Counted from the stretch's first letter, positions 1 through 10,155 are shown. The stretch is DNA of 64,000 bases from Candidatus Margulisiibacteriota bacterium (GCA_050250935.1 JBFWNS010000001.1:480001-544000); one strand, 5' to 3'. Translations and numbers: made by a program. The notes: a model not told the origin generated them from the letters alone.

Positions 1-2
1 CA

Positions 3-278
3 TCCACAGGCCTAACTGACCTTGATAGTCAACGCCTTTCTTCTGCCTTGGACCGCATCAAGGAGCTTAATATTAATACTCTACTGGGGCAAGCTATTGG
101 GGCCACGGTATCCGTTATTAATGATTTAACACGAAGTTACCTGTCAAAAAAAGTCAATGCCACAGATAGTCCTACAAAGACACTGGTTGCAGAGTGTTGC
201 GAAGACTGGATTGCTTCCAATTTAGCCTGGTCTCGTGCAACTTTTAGGTATGTCAGTGAAAGCATTCAAACAAGTTGA
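3..278 (+). CDS. 3' end of a hypothetical protein, truncated by the window edge
   Basis: Frame 3 is open from position 3 (STGLTDLDSQRLSSALDRIKEL...) to TGA at 278; no recognisable motif. Confidence 0.5.
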   Translation, partial: STGLTDLDSQRLSSALDRIKELNINTLLGQAIGATVSVINDLTRSYLSKKVNATDSPTKTLVAECCEDWIASNLAWSRATFRYVSESIQTS

Positions 279-1602
279 GCACCTTTTTCAAACTTTAACG
301 CAAGCGGGTGTCTCAAAATCTGATTCTTTAGAAGACTCTAGCAAAATTATTTTAACCAATCAGTTGGGGCTGATTTTAATCTTTGTGGCTACTCCGTACT
401 TTTTTATTTTTAAGTATTTTGGAGCCCCATTGTTAGGCCAAATGATTTTGCCAATTGTACTACTCCTGCTCCTAACGTTCTATTGTAATGGAAAGGGGTG
501 GTTTTTGGCAGCCAAACTACTGATTATTGGGGTTCCTAGTTTTGGAGCGGTTATTTATTCATGCATTTTAGGAGTCAGTGCAGGCATTCAGCATTTATTT
601 GTTGCCATTCTTACCATTCCATTTGTTGTTTTTGACTTTAAAAAACCTGTTCAGCTTACCCTAGGCATGATTATTCCTGTGGGCAGCTACTTTATCTTGG
701 AGTTTTTGGGTTACGGTCTTTTTCCACGCCATATCTTGGAGCCCCTGTTTTTAACCATTATCAGGATAACCCTGACAACAGTCACCTTCTTTATTGCGTT
801 GGCTACTATTGGATTTTACTTTTTCCAAAATAGACGAAGCAAACTCCAACTGGAACAAACAAATCGAGATTTAAAGAGTGCCTATACACTTCTCAAATCT
901 CAATCAACCCAACTGGCCCAAGTCGAGCAATACAGGGCCTATATGGTGCTAACCCAACAGGTCGCGCACGAACTCAAAAATCCACTACACCTTTTAGGGC
1001 TTACGACCTATGGTATGAAGAAAATTATGCAAAATACTGATCAACTAGAGCAGGCTATCGAAATGGTGGATCAAACCGTGAAGAATATGCAGCAGGTTTT
1101 GTCGGCTATGCTGAGTGCCGGGCAGGGCGGCGCCCAAATTGAGCCGGTTTCTGTTCAAAGTTCCTTGGAAAAGATTGTTTTACTCATTCGGGCTCGATGT
1201 CAGAACAAAGGCATTACCATTCAAGATCATTTTGAAAAAGTTCCACTGGTATCTGCTAGCCAACAAGGTCTTTTTCAAATTTTTACCAACCTGGTCACTA
1301 ACGCTCTGAATGCTATGCCAGATGGGGGAATCCTAAGTTTGCATATTCGTGGAGCCTCCCAAAACGATCAAGAGGGCGTTTTAATTGGCATTCAAGACAC
1401 AGGCCCCGGTATTCCTATCGATCAACAGGCTACATTTTTTACCCGAGATATCTACACCACCCCCGAAGGCGAAACGCATGGGTTTGGTCTAGGTATTGTA
1501 CGTAACTTGATAGAGAAATTTGATGGCCAAATAAGTTTAGACTCTAATCCAACGTATCTTCATGGAACCACCGTGTGGGTTTGGTTGAAAGTGTCAGATT
1601 AA
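250..1602 (+). CDS. Membrane-bound sensor histidine kinase (no response regulator in window)
   Basis: About 6 N-terminal TM helices, H-box AHELKNPL, N-box NLVTNALNAM, G1 DTGPGI, G2 GFGLGIV; ATG at 250 preferred as start. Confidence 0.9.
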   Translation: MSVKAFKQVEHLFQTLTQAGVSKSDSLEDSSKIILTNQLGLILIFVATPYFFIFKYFGAPLLGQMILPIVLLLLLTFYCNGKGWFLAAKLLIIGVPSFGAVIYSCILGVSAGIQHLFVAILTIPFVVFDFKKPVQLTLGMIIPVGSYFILEFLGYGLFPRHILEPLFLTIIRITLTTVTFFIALATIGFYFFQNRRSKLQLEQTNRDLKSAYTLLKSQSTQLAQVEQYRAYMVLTQQVAHELKNPLHLLGLTTYGMKKIMQNTDQLEQAIEMVDQTVKNMQQVLSAMLSAGQGGAQIEPVSVQSSLEKIVLLIRARCQNKGITIQDHFEKVPLVSASQQGLFQIFTNLVTNALNAMPDGGILSLHIRGASQNDQEGVLIGIQDTGPGIPIDQQATFFTRDIYTTPEGETHGFGLGIVRNLIEKFDGQISLDSNPTYLHGTTVWVWLKVSD

Positions 1603-1697
1603 ATTCTTTTTGAGAGTCTTCTGGCCTGTTTTTTGTACGGGTTCATTTAAGGCCGTGAATGCAAGCCAAAACACCTACCATTCCCAAACTTCAGCGA

Positions 1698-1747
1698 GGA
1701 ATTTGAATTCACTTCAAATTCCGACCCACAAAACCTGTGGTTTTGTG
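1698..1747. terminator. Two adjacent hairpins between the convergent kinase gene and tRNA
   Basis: ggaatttgaa-ttcac-ttcaaattcc (1698-1722) and cacaaaacc-tgt-ggttttgtg (1727-1747). Confidence 0.5.
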
Positions 1748-1755
1748 ATTACGAT

Positions 1756-1840
1756 TGGTACCGAGGACAGGACTTGAACCTGCACGGGTCTCCCCGCTAG
1801 CCCCTCAAGCTAGTGTGTCTACCAATTCCACCACCTCGGC
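1756..1840 (-). tRNA. tRNA-Leu(GAG)
   Basis: Reverse complement GCCGAGGTGGTGGAATTGGTAGACAC-ACTAGC-TTGAGGG-GCTAG...GGTTCAAGTCC...CTCGGTACCA; long variable arm, encoded CCA. Confidence 0.95.
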
Positions 1841-1890
1841 ATAGTGGGGCTACTATATCAGACTTGCCCCTTCTGGTACACTAAGAAGCC

Positions 1891-3525
1891 ATGAAAACCA
1901 CCTTAAACCCTCTTTCTCGTTTTAAAGGCCGGAAAGGCCCGTTGTTGCTGATTATTATGGACGGAATTGGCCTTGGAAAACCCGAACCAGACAACGCCGT
2001 TTATTCGGCCAAAATGCCGGTTTTAAATCGGTTGATGGCGCAACCCCTTTTTACCAAACTTAAAGCCCACGGCACAGCCGTTGGCATGCCTTCGGACGAA
2101 GACATGGGCAACAGCGAGGTTGGCCACAATGCCTTGGGTGCGGGTCGCATTTTTGCCCAAGGCGCTTCTTTGGTTAAAGATGCCATTGAATCGGGATCTT
2201 TATTCAAGGGTGAAACCTGGCAGGCCGCTGCGCATCAAGCCAAAGCCAACAAAAGCGTTTTGCATTTTATTGGATTGCTCTCGGATGGAAATGTCCATGC
2301 CCACATCGACCACCTGCTGGCCATGCTCAGCAAAGCGGCCGAGCAAGGGGTCCAAACGGCACGCATTCACACCCTCTTGGATGGCCGAGATGTTGCCGAA
2401 AAATCGGCCCTGCTTTATCTCAAAACCCTAGAAGATCATCTTGCCAAGCTCAACACCCAATTCGACTGCGATTATCGCGTGGCTTCTGGCGGCGGACGAA
2501 TGGTGATTACCATGGACCGCTACAATGCCGATTGGCCCATGGTCGCCCGGGGTTGGGACACCCATGTTCGGGGCCAAGGTCGGTTTTTTGCGTCTGCCAA
2601 AGAAGCCGTTGAAACCTTTTACCAAGAAGACCCGAAGGTTATTGATCAATATTTACCGCCCTTTGTGGTTGCACAAAACAACCAACCCGTTGGCCGTATC
2701 CAAGATGGCGACGCAGTGATTTTGTTTAATTTTAGGGGAGACCGGGCCATGGAATTGTCCATGGCGTTCGAAAACGAGGATTTTCATCATTTTGACCGAC
2801 ACGGCCGGCCCAAAGTCTTTTTTGCCGGCATGATGCAATACGACGGCGACCTTAAACTGCCCAAACACTTTTTGGTGGACCCGCCCCAAATCGAGCGCCC
2901 ACTGAGCCACTATTTTTGTGGCACCAACATTGCCTCTTTTGCCATTTCAGAAACCCAAAAATACGGCCATGTGACATATTTTTGGAACGGTAATTTGACT
3001 GGGTATGTGGATGAAACCCTAGAGACTTACGTTGAAATCCCTTCCGACAATGTGCCTTTTGATCAAAAACCAGATATGAAAGCCGTAGAAATCACCCAAA
3101 AAGTTACCGAACTGCTTCGGTCTGGACGCTATCACTTTGGACGCTTGAACTTTCCCAATGGGGATATGGTGGGCCATTCGGGCAACCTTGAGGCCACCAT
3201 TCGGTCCTGCGAAACCACCGATCGCTGCGTTGGCGAACTGATTAACGTCGTCAACGAACTTGGGGGCATTACCGTTGTGTTGGCCGACCACGGCAATGCC
3301 GACGAAATGGCCACCACCCAAAACGGCATTAGAACCCCGAAAACCGCCCATACCTTGAACCCTGTTCCCTTTGCCATTGTGGATTCCGGCTACGCCAACG
3401 AGTATGCCCTGAACCCCGATATTCCAACCCCGGGCTTGGCGAACGTGGCTGCAACCTTGTGCAACCTGTTGGGCTATCAAGCCCCCGACGACTATGAACC
3501 GTCTTTGATTCGGTTCGAGGACTAG
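1891..3525 (+). CDS. gpmI: 2,3-bisphosphoglycerate-independent phosphoglycerate mutase
   Basis: IMDGIG, MGNSEVGH, DGNVH, NFRGDR, DMVGH, ADHGNA, TAHTLNPVP. Confidence 0.95.
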   Translation: MKTTLNPLSRFKGRKGPLLLIIMDGIGLGKPEPDNAVYSAKMPVLNRLMAQPLFTKLKAHGTAVGMPSDEDMGNSEVGHNALGAGRIFAQGASLVKDAIESGSLFKGETWQAAAHQAKANKSVLHFIGLLSDGNVHAHIDHLLAMLSKAAEQGVQTARIHTLLDGRDVAEKSALLYLKTLEDHLAKLNTQFDCDYRVASGGGRMVITMDRYNADWPMVARGWDTHVRGQGRFFASAKEAVETFYQEDPKVIDQYLPPFVVAQNNQPVGRIQDGDAVILFNFRGDRAMELSMAFENEDFHHFDRHGRPKVFFAGMMQYDGDLKLPKHFLVDPPQIERPLSHYFCGTNIASFAISETQKYGHVTYFWNGNLTGYVDETLETYVEIPSDNVPFDQKPDMKAVEITQKVTELLRSGRYHFGRLNFPNGDMVGHSGNLEATIRSCETTDRCVGELINVVNELGGITVVLADHGNADEMATTQNGIRTPKTAHTLNPVPFAIVDSGYANEYALNPDIPTPGLANVAATLCNLLGYQAPDDYEPSLIRFED

Positions 3526-3528
3526 GCC

Positions 3529-4995
3529 ATGGGTGTTATTACGTTTGGAACCTCTGGCTATCGGGGCATTGTTGGCGAAACCTTCACCCAAAAAGAAGTA
3601 TTGGCCATCGGACATGGGGTCGGGCAATGGTTGAGCAGCCAAACCCCAAATCCCCATGTGGTGATCGCCTGCGACCCCAGAACCGGCAATGATCCAGGAT
3701 TGGGCGAGAATAGCTTTACCCGAGATGTGGTGATGGCCCTTTTGGAAGAAGGGGTCGATGTGGATGTTTTTGATCATTTTGCGCCCACGCCCATGGCAGC
3801 TTGGTACATCCAAGAACATGCTTTGTCTGGGGCCTTGATTTTGACCGCCTCCCACAATCCGCCAAGCTACAATGGCATCAAATTTAATCCCAGCAATGGG
3901 GCCCCTGCACCCACCTCAATTACAAGTGCTATCGAAGCCCTGGCCAACGCTTGGCTTCAACATCCCACACAAACCCCCAAGGCCGAAAAACCAGGTCACC
4001 TGCGAAAAGTCAGTGCCATCGGTGCTTTTGCCGAAGCCTTGATCGATCGGTTAAACGATCACTGCGACCTGGACTTGGATTTTCTGGGATTTCCTTTGGC
4101 CGGCGATGTTAAATACGGCACGGCAGGCCCCGTTTGGGATGCGCTGATTCGCTCGCTAGACATTCAACAAGCCTCGATTTTACACGAAGAACCCCGCGCC
4201 GATTTTGGCAATATCGACCCCAATCCCACCAAACTGGAGACCTTGGGCGATCTTAAATTGCACCAACACGCCCTCAAAGCCCCCCTTGCCTTTGCCAACG
4301 ATCCCGATGCCGACCGGCATGTGCTCTTGGACGAAAATGGCGAAGCCCTGACCCCCGAAGAAACCGCCGTCATTTTAATGGATTATTTTTTAAGCAAAAA
4401 CATTCCGGTTTCCGGCATGGTCACCACAGTGGCTTCCTCGGGCTTGGTTAAACGGGCTGCTGCAGCCAACAATCTGGCCTTTATCGAAACCCCCGTAGGG
4501 TTCAAATATTTTGCGCCCTATTTTGAGGCCGCCTCGAAAGCCGAGGAGGTTGTGATTGGGGTGGAATCGTCGGGTGGCATTTCTTTTTCGTTTCATATCC
4601 CCGAAAAATGCGGCTTTATGCCCGTTTTGGCGGCCCTGTTTTTGGTCAAAGAAACCGGGCATCCTTTGTCGTATTGGCGTCGCCGTATTCACAGCCAATA
4701 TGGCCATTCGATCTTTAAAGAAGTCTCCTTTCCTTTCAACCCCGATGCCCGACAAACCCTGGTTGATCGGTTCAATACCCCCGATACCCACGCGATTCAA
4801 ACCCACTTTTCTGAACCTCTTGCTGAAACCCAGACCCAAGACGGCTTAAAGCTGGTGTTTTCCTCTGGTGCTTGGGTGCTGTTTCGACTATCGGGTACAG
4901 AACCCATTGGCCGACTCTATGTCGAAGCCAGTACCGAAGCATTGACCGATGCCCTGCTTACCGAAGCCACACACTTTTTAGGAGCCCTACAATGA
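3529..4995 (+). CDS. Phosphoglucomutase/phosphomannomutase family protein
   Basis: FGTSGYRG, TASHNP, DPDADR, RLSGTEP. Confidence 0.92.
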   Translation: MGVITFGTSGYRGIVGETFTQKEVLAIGHGVGQWLSSQTPNPHVVIACDPRTGNDPGLGENSFTRDVVMALLEEGVDVDVFDHFAPTPMAAWYIQEHALSGALILTASHNPPSYNGIKFNPSNGAPAPTSITSAIEALANAWLQHPTQTPKAEKPGHLRKVSAIGAFAEALIDRLNDHCDLDLDFLGFPLAGDVKYGTAGPVWDALIRSLDIQQASILHEEPRADFGNIDPNPTKLETLGDLKLHQHALKAPLAFANDPDADRHVLLDENGEALTPEETAVILMDYFLSKNIPVSGMVTTVASSGLVKRAAAANNLAFIETPVGFKYFAPYFEAASKAEEVVIGVESSGGISFSFHIPEKCGFMPVLAALFLVKETGHPLSYWRRRIHSQYGHSIFKEVSFPFNPDARQTLVDRFNTPDTHAIQTHFSEPLAETQTQDGLKLVFSSGAWVLFRLSGTEPIGRLYVEASTEALTDALLTEATHFLGALQ

Positions 4996-5723
4996 TTACT
5001 GTTGCCATTATTGGTGCCAAAGGAAAAATGGGAACCGAGGCGGTTAAAGCCGTCAGTGCAGCCCCAAACATGGCGGTGGTTGCGCAAATTGGCCGTGGCG
5101 ATGCCGTCGCCGAGACCCTCAAAACCACCAAGCCCCAGGTTGTGGTCGAACTGACCCACCCCAGTTCGGTATTCGACCATTGCACCACCATTTTGGAATC
5201 GGGGGCCCATGCGGTAGTGGGCACCACTGGCCTGACCCAAGACCAATTAAAAACCTTGGACGCGCTGGCCAAAGAGCGTGGACTTGGCATTTTGGTTTGC
5301 CCCAATTTTGCCATCGGCGCAGTGTTGATGATGAAATTTGCAGCCGAAGCCGCCCGCTATATGCCCCGGGCCGAAATTATTGAATTTCATCACGACAAAA
5401 AGGCCGATGCCCCCTCTGGAACTGCGCTTAAAACTGCCGAACTCATGGCCAACGCAACCCCAAACCTCAATGACGTGGTGCTTGATGAAATTGAAAGTAT
5501 CCCCGGAGCCCGTGGCGGAATCCATCGCAACATTCCCATCCATTCGGTGCGACTGCCCGGATACATTGCCCACCAAGAGGTGCTGTTTGGCGGATTGGGA
5601 CAAACCTTGTCTCTGCGACACGACACAATTTCTCGGGAATCCTTCATGCCAGGCGTCCTGCTTTGCATCCAAAAAGTCAGCCAGATTAAGGGACTGGTTT
5701 ATGGAATGGAAAATATTTTGTAA
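4992..5723 (+). CDS. dapB: 4-hydroxy-tetrahydrodipicolinate reductase
   Basis: GAKGKMG, VGTTG, EFHHDKKADAPSGTA; ATG at 4992 overlaps the upstream stop. Confidence 0.95.
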   Translation: MITVAIIGAKGKMGTEAVKAVSAAPNMAVVAQIGRGDAVAETLKTTKPQVVVELTHPSSVFDHCTTILESGAHAVVGTTGLTQDQLKTLDALAKERGLGILVCPNFAIGAVLMMKFAAEAARYMPRAEIIEFHHDKKADAPSGTALKTAELMANATPNLNDVVLDEIESIPGARGGIHRNIPIHSVRLPGYIAHQEVLFGGLGQTLSLRHDTISRESFMPGVLLCIQKVSQIKGLVYGMENIL

Positions 5724-5781
5724 ACTAAACATCCTGGCTTTATCGCCATGTCACAGATTTTGAAAAGAGAGTTGAACGAAA

Positions 5782-6798
5782 ATGAAACAGTATACCGTTG
5801 CAGTTGTTGGGGCTACAGGCGTTGTTGGTAAAGAAATTTTATCGGTTTTGGAAGAACGACATTTCCCGGTTGGAAAGCTCGTTCCTTTGGCCTCTGCCAA
5901 ATCGGCGGGTACAACCGTTCAATTCAAAGGTGAACACATCGAAGTTCAAGAACTAAAAGAGACCTCGTTTGAAGGGGTCGATTTTGCTTTGTTTTCTGCG
6001 GGTGGCGCGATTTCGAAACTGTTTGTTCCCATCGCAGCCCAAAGTGGTGCCATTGCCATCGACAACACCTCGTATTTTCGCATGCACGCCGATATTCCTT
6101 TGGTGGTTCCCGAAGTCAATGGCGCTATTTTAAAAGACGGCAACCATTCCATTATTGCAAACCCCAACTGCTCTACGGCCCAAATGGTTGTTGCGCTAAA
6201 ACCGATTTACGACGCGGTTGGCATCGACCGGATTGTGGTTTCGACCTATCAATCGGTGTCTGGCGCTGGTAAAAAAGCCCTGGATGAACTGGAAAACCAT
6301 GCCCGACTCAGCTTGTCTGGCGGCAGCCCCGATCCCAGTGTTTTTTCCCACCCTATCGCCTTTAATGTGATTCCCCAAATCGATGTTTTTGTGGACAACG
6401 GCTATACCAAAGAAGAAATGAAGCTGATCGAAGAAACCAAAAAAATCATGGGCGACGACAGCATTGCCGTGACGGCCACTGCGGTTCGGGTTCCCGTGTT
6501 CATCAGCCATAGCGAAGCCGTGAATATTCAAACCAAACAAAAAATTAGCGCCAAACAAGTTCGAGAATTGCTTCAAAACGCCCCCGGCATTGAAGTGATG
6601 GATGATCCTGCAACCAACACCTATCCCACACCAAGACAGGCCTCTGGCAAAGATGATGTGTTGGTGGGTCGTATTCGGGAAGACCTCTCGATTCCCAATG
6701 GTATAGAGCTGTGGTGCGTGGGCGACAATTTGCGCAAAGGGGCAGCCTTGAACGCGGTTCAAATTGCTGAAACCCTTGTTCACTATGGCAAGCGATAA
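5782..6798 (+). CDS. asd: Aspartate-semialdehyde dehydrogenase
   Basis: GATGVVG, ANPNCST, STYQSVSGAG, DNLRKGAALN. Confidence 0.97.
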   Translation: MKQYTVAVVGATGVVGKEILSVLEERHFPVGKLVPLASAKSAGTTVQFKGEHIEVQELKETSFEGVDFALFSAGGAISKLFVPIAAQSGAIAIDNTSYFRMHADIPLVVPEVNGAILKDGNHSIIANPNCSTAQMVVALKPIYDAVGIDRIVVSTYQSVSGAGKKALDELENHARLSLSGGSPDPSVFSHPIAFNVIPQIDVFVDNGYTKEEMKLIEETKKIMGDDSIAVTATAVRVPVFISHSEAVNIQTKQKISAKQVRELLQNAPGIEVMDDPATNTYPTPRQASGKDDVLVGRIREDLSIPNGIELWCVGDNLRKGAALNAVQIAETLVHYGKR

Positions 6799-7396
6799 CC
6801 CTTTTTCAAACCAAGAAATCGCCGACTATTACAATGAAAGTTGTGATCATTTCGGGGCCTCTCATAAGGCCCTGGGATGGTCCAGTGCCTATACCCAAGA
6901 GCTTCGGTTTTTTGTCTTGTCTTTGTTGGGAAATTGGGAGGGCGAATCGGTTTTGGATGTCGGCTGTGGGCTTGGGGATTTTTATGCTTATTTGGTCAAA
7001 AATGAGCTTCGATTTACCTATGAAGGCATCGACATCAGCCCAAACATGATCGCATTGGCCCAAAAAACACAGCCTAAGGCCGATTTTAAGGTTTTGGATA
7101 TCTTGGATTCGGATTTTTATAAACACTACGATTATGTGGTGGCTTCTGGGGCTTTTACCGTTAGAGTCAACGATCAATACGCCTACTTAAAGCAAAACAT
7201 GCAGAAAATGTATTTGCTGTCTAAAAAGGCGATGGCTTTTAATTGCCTTTCCAATCGGGCAGAGCAGCAGGATCAGGATTTGTTGTTTTATTATGACCCG
7301 GTTCGGGTGTTGGAAATGGCGTTTGAGTTATCGCCATATGTGGAGATTCGGCATCATTATTTGCCGAATGATTTTACGGTTTTTGTTTATAAATAG
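6785..7396 (+). CDS. Class I SAM-dependent methyltransferase
   Basis: VLDVGCGLGD, GIDISPNMI, YDYVVASG; ATG at 6785. Confidence 0.88.
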   Translation: MASDNPFSNQEIADYYNESCDHFGASHKALGWSSAYTQELRFFVLSLLGNWEGESVLDVGCGLGDFYAYLVKNELRFTYEGIDISPNMIALAQKTQPKADFKVLDILDSDFYKHYDYVVASGAFTVRVNDQYAYLKQNMQKMYLLSKKAMAFNCLSNRAEQQDQDLLFYYDPVRVLEMAFELSPYVEIRHHYLPNDFTVFVYK

Positions 7397-7575
7397 GGGC
7401 TTGCGTCGCCCCCTCATCCGAAGCAAGTTCGGATGAGCCTCCCCCTCACGCTTCGCTGGGCCTGCGGCCTGTTTTGTCTTTTTGTACAGCGTCCTTTAGG
7501 GGCCTGCGGGGAGGGGTAACACTTAACGCTTAACACTTAACGCGTTTTGGGATTGCTTTGCTTCGCTGGCAATCT
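7396..7575. repeat. Intergenic REP-like palindromes and a short tandem repeat
   Basis: ctcatccgaa-gcaag-ttcggatgag (7413-7437); taacacttaacgc(t) twice (7517-7543); gattgc...gcaatc hairpin near 7551-7574. Confidence 0.5.
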
Positions 7576-7584
7576 TTTAATTTA

Positions 7585-8220
7585 TTATTTCAACATTATG
7601 CTACCGTAGAGCCTTTCGGTTGTGGCTTCTTTTCGATAGGAGAAGAAGCGGGTGTTTTGGCAGGCGGTGCAGAGGTTAGAATTTAAAATTTCGGCGTGGT
7701 GAGGAGCGGCGAAGCTGGATAGGATTTGTTCTGTGTTATTTTCTAGCAATCCATAGTGAATGTCTCGGTCTGCATCGATTTGGTAACAGGATTTGCAAAT
7801 GCAAGGGCCTAGCCAAAATTGGAAGCCAGATGCCAAACTTGAAGCCTGCATGAGGTCTTTAACAAAGGTTTTAGTAATGCCCAATTCTGTGCCTTTTCGG
7901 CCAGCATGTACCGCCCCAATCCATCCCCTGGGATGATAGGCCAAAATGGGGAGGCAGTCTGCGGTTTTAACGGTTAAAACGACGCCTTTTAGGGCCGTAA
8001 AACAGGCATCTGTTTTTTCTAGTACACTTTCGTTAAGACTGGGTTTGGTGTCGACATGTACCACGGTTTTTCCGTGAACTTGGTCCATTTTAACCATGGG
8101 TTTAAGGTTAAACGCTGGGTGGTTTTGGAGATCTTCTAGGTTTGAAAACCGATCAGAAAAAGCCGCAACCACCCCAGACGAAGGGTTGATCGTTTGAAAC
8201 GGCGGTGTTAAAAACCCCAC
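7585..8220 (-). CDS. pgeF: Polyphenol-oxidase/YfiH (PgeF) family protein
   Basis: DQVHG, TADCLPIL, VHAGRKG, LCTAC...FFSYR. Confidence 0.88.
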   Translation of the reverse strand: MGFLTPPFQTINPSSGVVAAFSDRFSNLEDLQNHPAFNLKPMVKMDQVHGKTVVHVDTKPSLNESVLEKTDACFTALKGVVLTVKTADCLPILAYHPRGWIGAVHAGRKGTELGITKTFVKDLMQASSLASGFQFWLGPCICKSCYQIDADRDIHYGLLENNTEQILSSFAAPHHAEILNSNLCTACQNTRFFSYRKEATTERLYGSIMLK

Positions 8221-8224
8221 CGGT

Positions 8225-8704
8225 TTACTGACGTCTGCCCAATTCTTTGTCCAACATCAACAGGGCCACTTTGCTGTCGCCTATCATGCCAAATTGAAAC
8301 AAAATATCGTTTAACTGTGCTTCTTCTTCTACTTGTTCGGTAATAAACCAGGTTAAAAAAGCATGGGCAGCATGGTCTTTGGCTTTAATGGCTTCATCCA
8401 CCAAATCTGTAATGTTTTGGGTGATGGCTTTTTCGTGTTTAAGGGCAGCTTTAAACACCTCTTCTGCGGTTTTCCATTTTCGAACTGGGGCTGCACACCC
8501 TTTTAGCGCAACAGAGCCGCCGCGTTCGTTGATGTAGGCATAAAATTTTTGAACATGGTCCATTTCTTCTTTGGATTGGGCTTTCATCCAAGCGGCAAAC
8601 CCTTTAAACCCTTGGGCATCGAAATAGGCGGCCATATCCAAATAGGCATAAGCTGAAAAAAACTCGCGATTCAGTTGGTCGTTCAGGTGTTTTTCGAGTG
8701 ACAT
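8225..8704 (-). CDS. ftnA: Non-haem ferritin
   Basis: LNDQLNREFFSAYAY, EEMDH, HEKAIT, WFITEQVEEE; AGGAG RBS before ATG 8704. Confidence 0.93.
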   Translation of the reverse strand: MSLEKHLNDQLNREFFSAYAYLDMAAYFDAQGFKGFAAWMKAQSKEEMDHVQKFYAYINERGGSVALKGCAAPVRKWKTAEEVFKAALKHEKAITQNITDLVDEAIKAKDHAAHAFLTWFITEQVEEEAQLNDILFQFGMIGDSKVALLMLDKELGRRQ

Positions 8705-8768
8705 TTTGATTCTCCTTTTTAATAATTTGAGGTACGATAGATCTTTATACACTATCGTTATTTAAGGG

Positions 8769-8980
8769 TGTTGAAAAGCGTGTGAATTTCTTGCGGATAA
8801 CTTCTGGACAACTGTGGGTAACTTTTCTTTTCTCCCAATTCTCTCACAAACCACTCACAGATTAAAAAGTCCTGTTTTAAGTATGAAATTTGCAAGTTAT
8901 CAACATATCTACACCCTCTATGATGACGATGTTTATAAATATTAAAAGAGTAGTGTACTATTCTTCTTAAAATAAAAAGT
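8769..8980. promoter_or_regulatory. Probable replication origin (oriC): DnaA boxes, DnaA-trio-like run and AT-rich unwinding element
   Basis: tgcggataa 8792, tctggacaa 8803, tgtgggtaa 8813, ttatcaaca 8897, then cta-tga-tga-cga-tgt and tttataaatattaaaa, directly upstream of dnaN. Confidence 0.75.
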
Positions 8981-9000
8981 CCAAATTCGGAGGATTTTCC

Positions 9001-10155
9001 ATGAAAATGAGCTGTACCAGCAACCTGTTGCAAAAAAGTATTTCGATTGTTGAAAAAGCCGTGTCCCAACGCACCGCTTTACCTGTTCTTGAAAATATTT
9101 TGTTTAGGGTTAAAAACAACCAACTGGCTTTGGTGGGTAACGATTTGGAAATTGCCATCGAGCACCGAATTCCTATTCAAAGCGAAGGCGAAGGAACCTT
9201 TTTGGTTAAAGGAAAAACCATCAGCAGCATCGTTTCTAAGCTTCAAAATCAAGAATTGTTGGTGGATGTGGATAGTGCTTCAAAATGCACCATCAAATCA
9301 GATAACATCGACTTTGATATTTTGTGTGTGAACCCCGATGAATATCCCCAATTTCCGGTCATTGAAAACGGGGTCAAAATCAAATTAACCGTTGCTGAAC
9401 TTCGTCAGCTGATTAAATACACCTTGTTTGCGGTGTCCTTTGATGAAACCAAACAATTTTTAAATGGCATTTTAATGAAATACGAAGATGGCTTTTTGTA
9501 TTTTATTTCAACAGATGGGTATCGTTTGTCTTTAAAACGTCAAAAAATAGAAGTCCTTCAAGCTCCGACTTTGTCGGCCATTGTTCCGTTTAAAGCAGTT
9601 AATGAATTGAATAAAATTTTGCAATCTTATGCTGCAGATCAGGTTGTTGAATTGAATGTTTCTGAAAACCAAGTGTCGTTTTCAATGCAAGATTTTGTCT
9701 TGGTTTCTCGGGTGATTCAAGGTCAATTCCCCGATTACAAACATGTCTTGCCCAAAGAAAGCGAAAATCAGTTTTCTGTGGTTCGTCGGTTTTTGTTGGA
9801 TGCTTCCGAGCGGGCTAACATTATTGCTTCGGCGTCGAACAACGTGGTTCGTATGCAGTTTGGCCAGCAATTGGTGTTAAAAGCCAACGCTGCTTCTTTG
9901 GGGGATTTTAAAGAGCTGATCGAGATCATGCGCTTAAAAGGCGAGTCCGAAATCAAAATTGCTTTTAATATTCGTTTGGTTTTGGATGTGATTCGGGTGA
10001 TGGAGTCTGAGGACATCAAAATCGAATTTAACAGCGAGGTCAGTCCTTGCGTGATTCGACCCATGCAAGACGATGACTTTGCCTATATCATCATGCCAAT
10101 TCGCACCAGCGACTATGTCGAACAACCTCAGGCCACTGCTGCTGCGGTTGCCTAG
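9001..10155 (+). CDS. dnaN: DNA polymerase III beta clamp
   Basis: TALPVLENI, LNGIL, STDGYRL, GQFPDY, IIMPIR. Confidence 0.97.
   Translation: MKMSCTSNLLQKSISIVEKAVSQRTALPVLENILFRVKNNQLALVGNDLEIAIEHRIPIQSEGEGTFLVKGKTISSIVSKLQNQELLVDVDSASKCTIKSDNIDFDILCVNPDEYPQFPVIENGVKIKLTVAELRQLIKYTLFAVSFDETKQFLNGILMKYEDGFLYFISTDGYRLSLKRQKIEVLQAPTLSAIVPFKAVNELNKILQSYAADQVVELNVSENQVSFSMQDFVLVSRVIQGQFPDYKHVLPKESENQFSVVRRFLLDASERANIIASASNNVVRMQFGQQLVLKANAASLGDFKELIEIMRLKGESEIKIAFNIRLVLDVIRVMESEDIKIEFNSEVSPCVIRPMQDDDFAYIIMPIRTSDYVEQPQATAAAVA

Noticed and set aside
3019..3855. Long antisense ORFs (this one, 27476..28123, 56158..56937 and similar)
   Set aside because: They lie opposite well-supported housekeeping genes and have no motifs
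7517..7543. CRISPR array
   Set aside because: Only two adjacent 13-14 bp units, no spacers and no cas genes
8758..9069. 103-aa minus-strand ORF
   Set aside because: Shadow of DnaA boxes (SYPQ repeats) overlapping dnaN; more likely non-coding oriC
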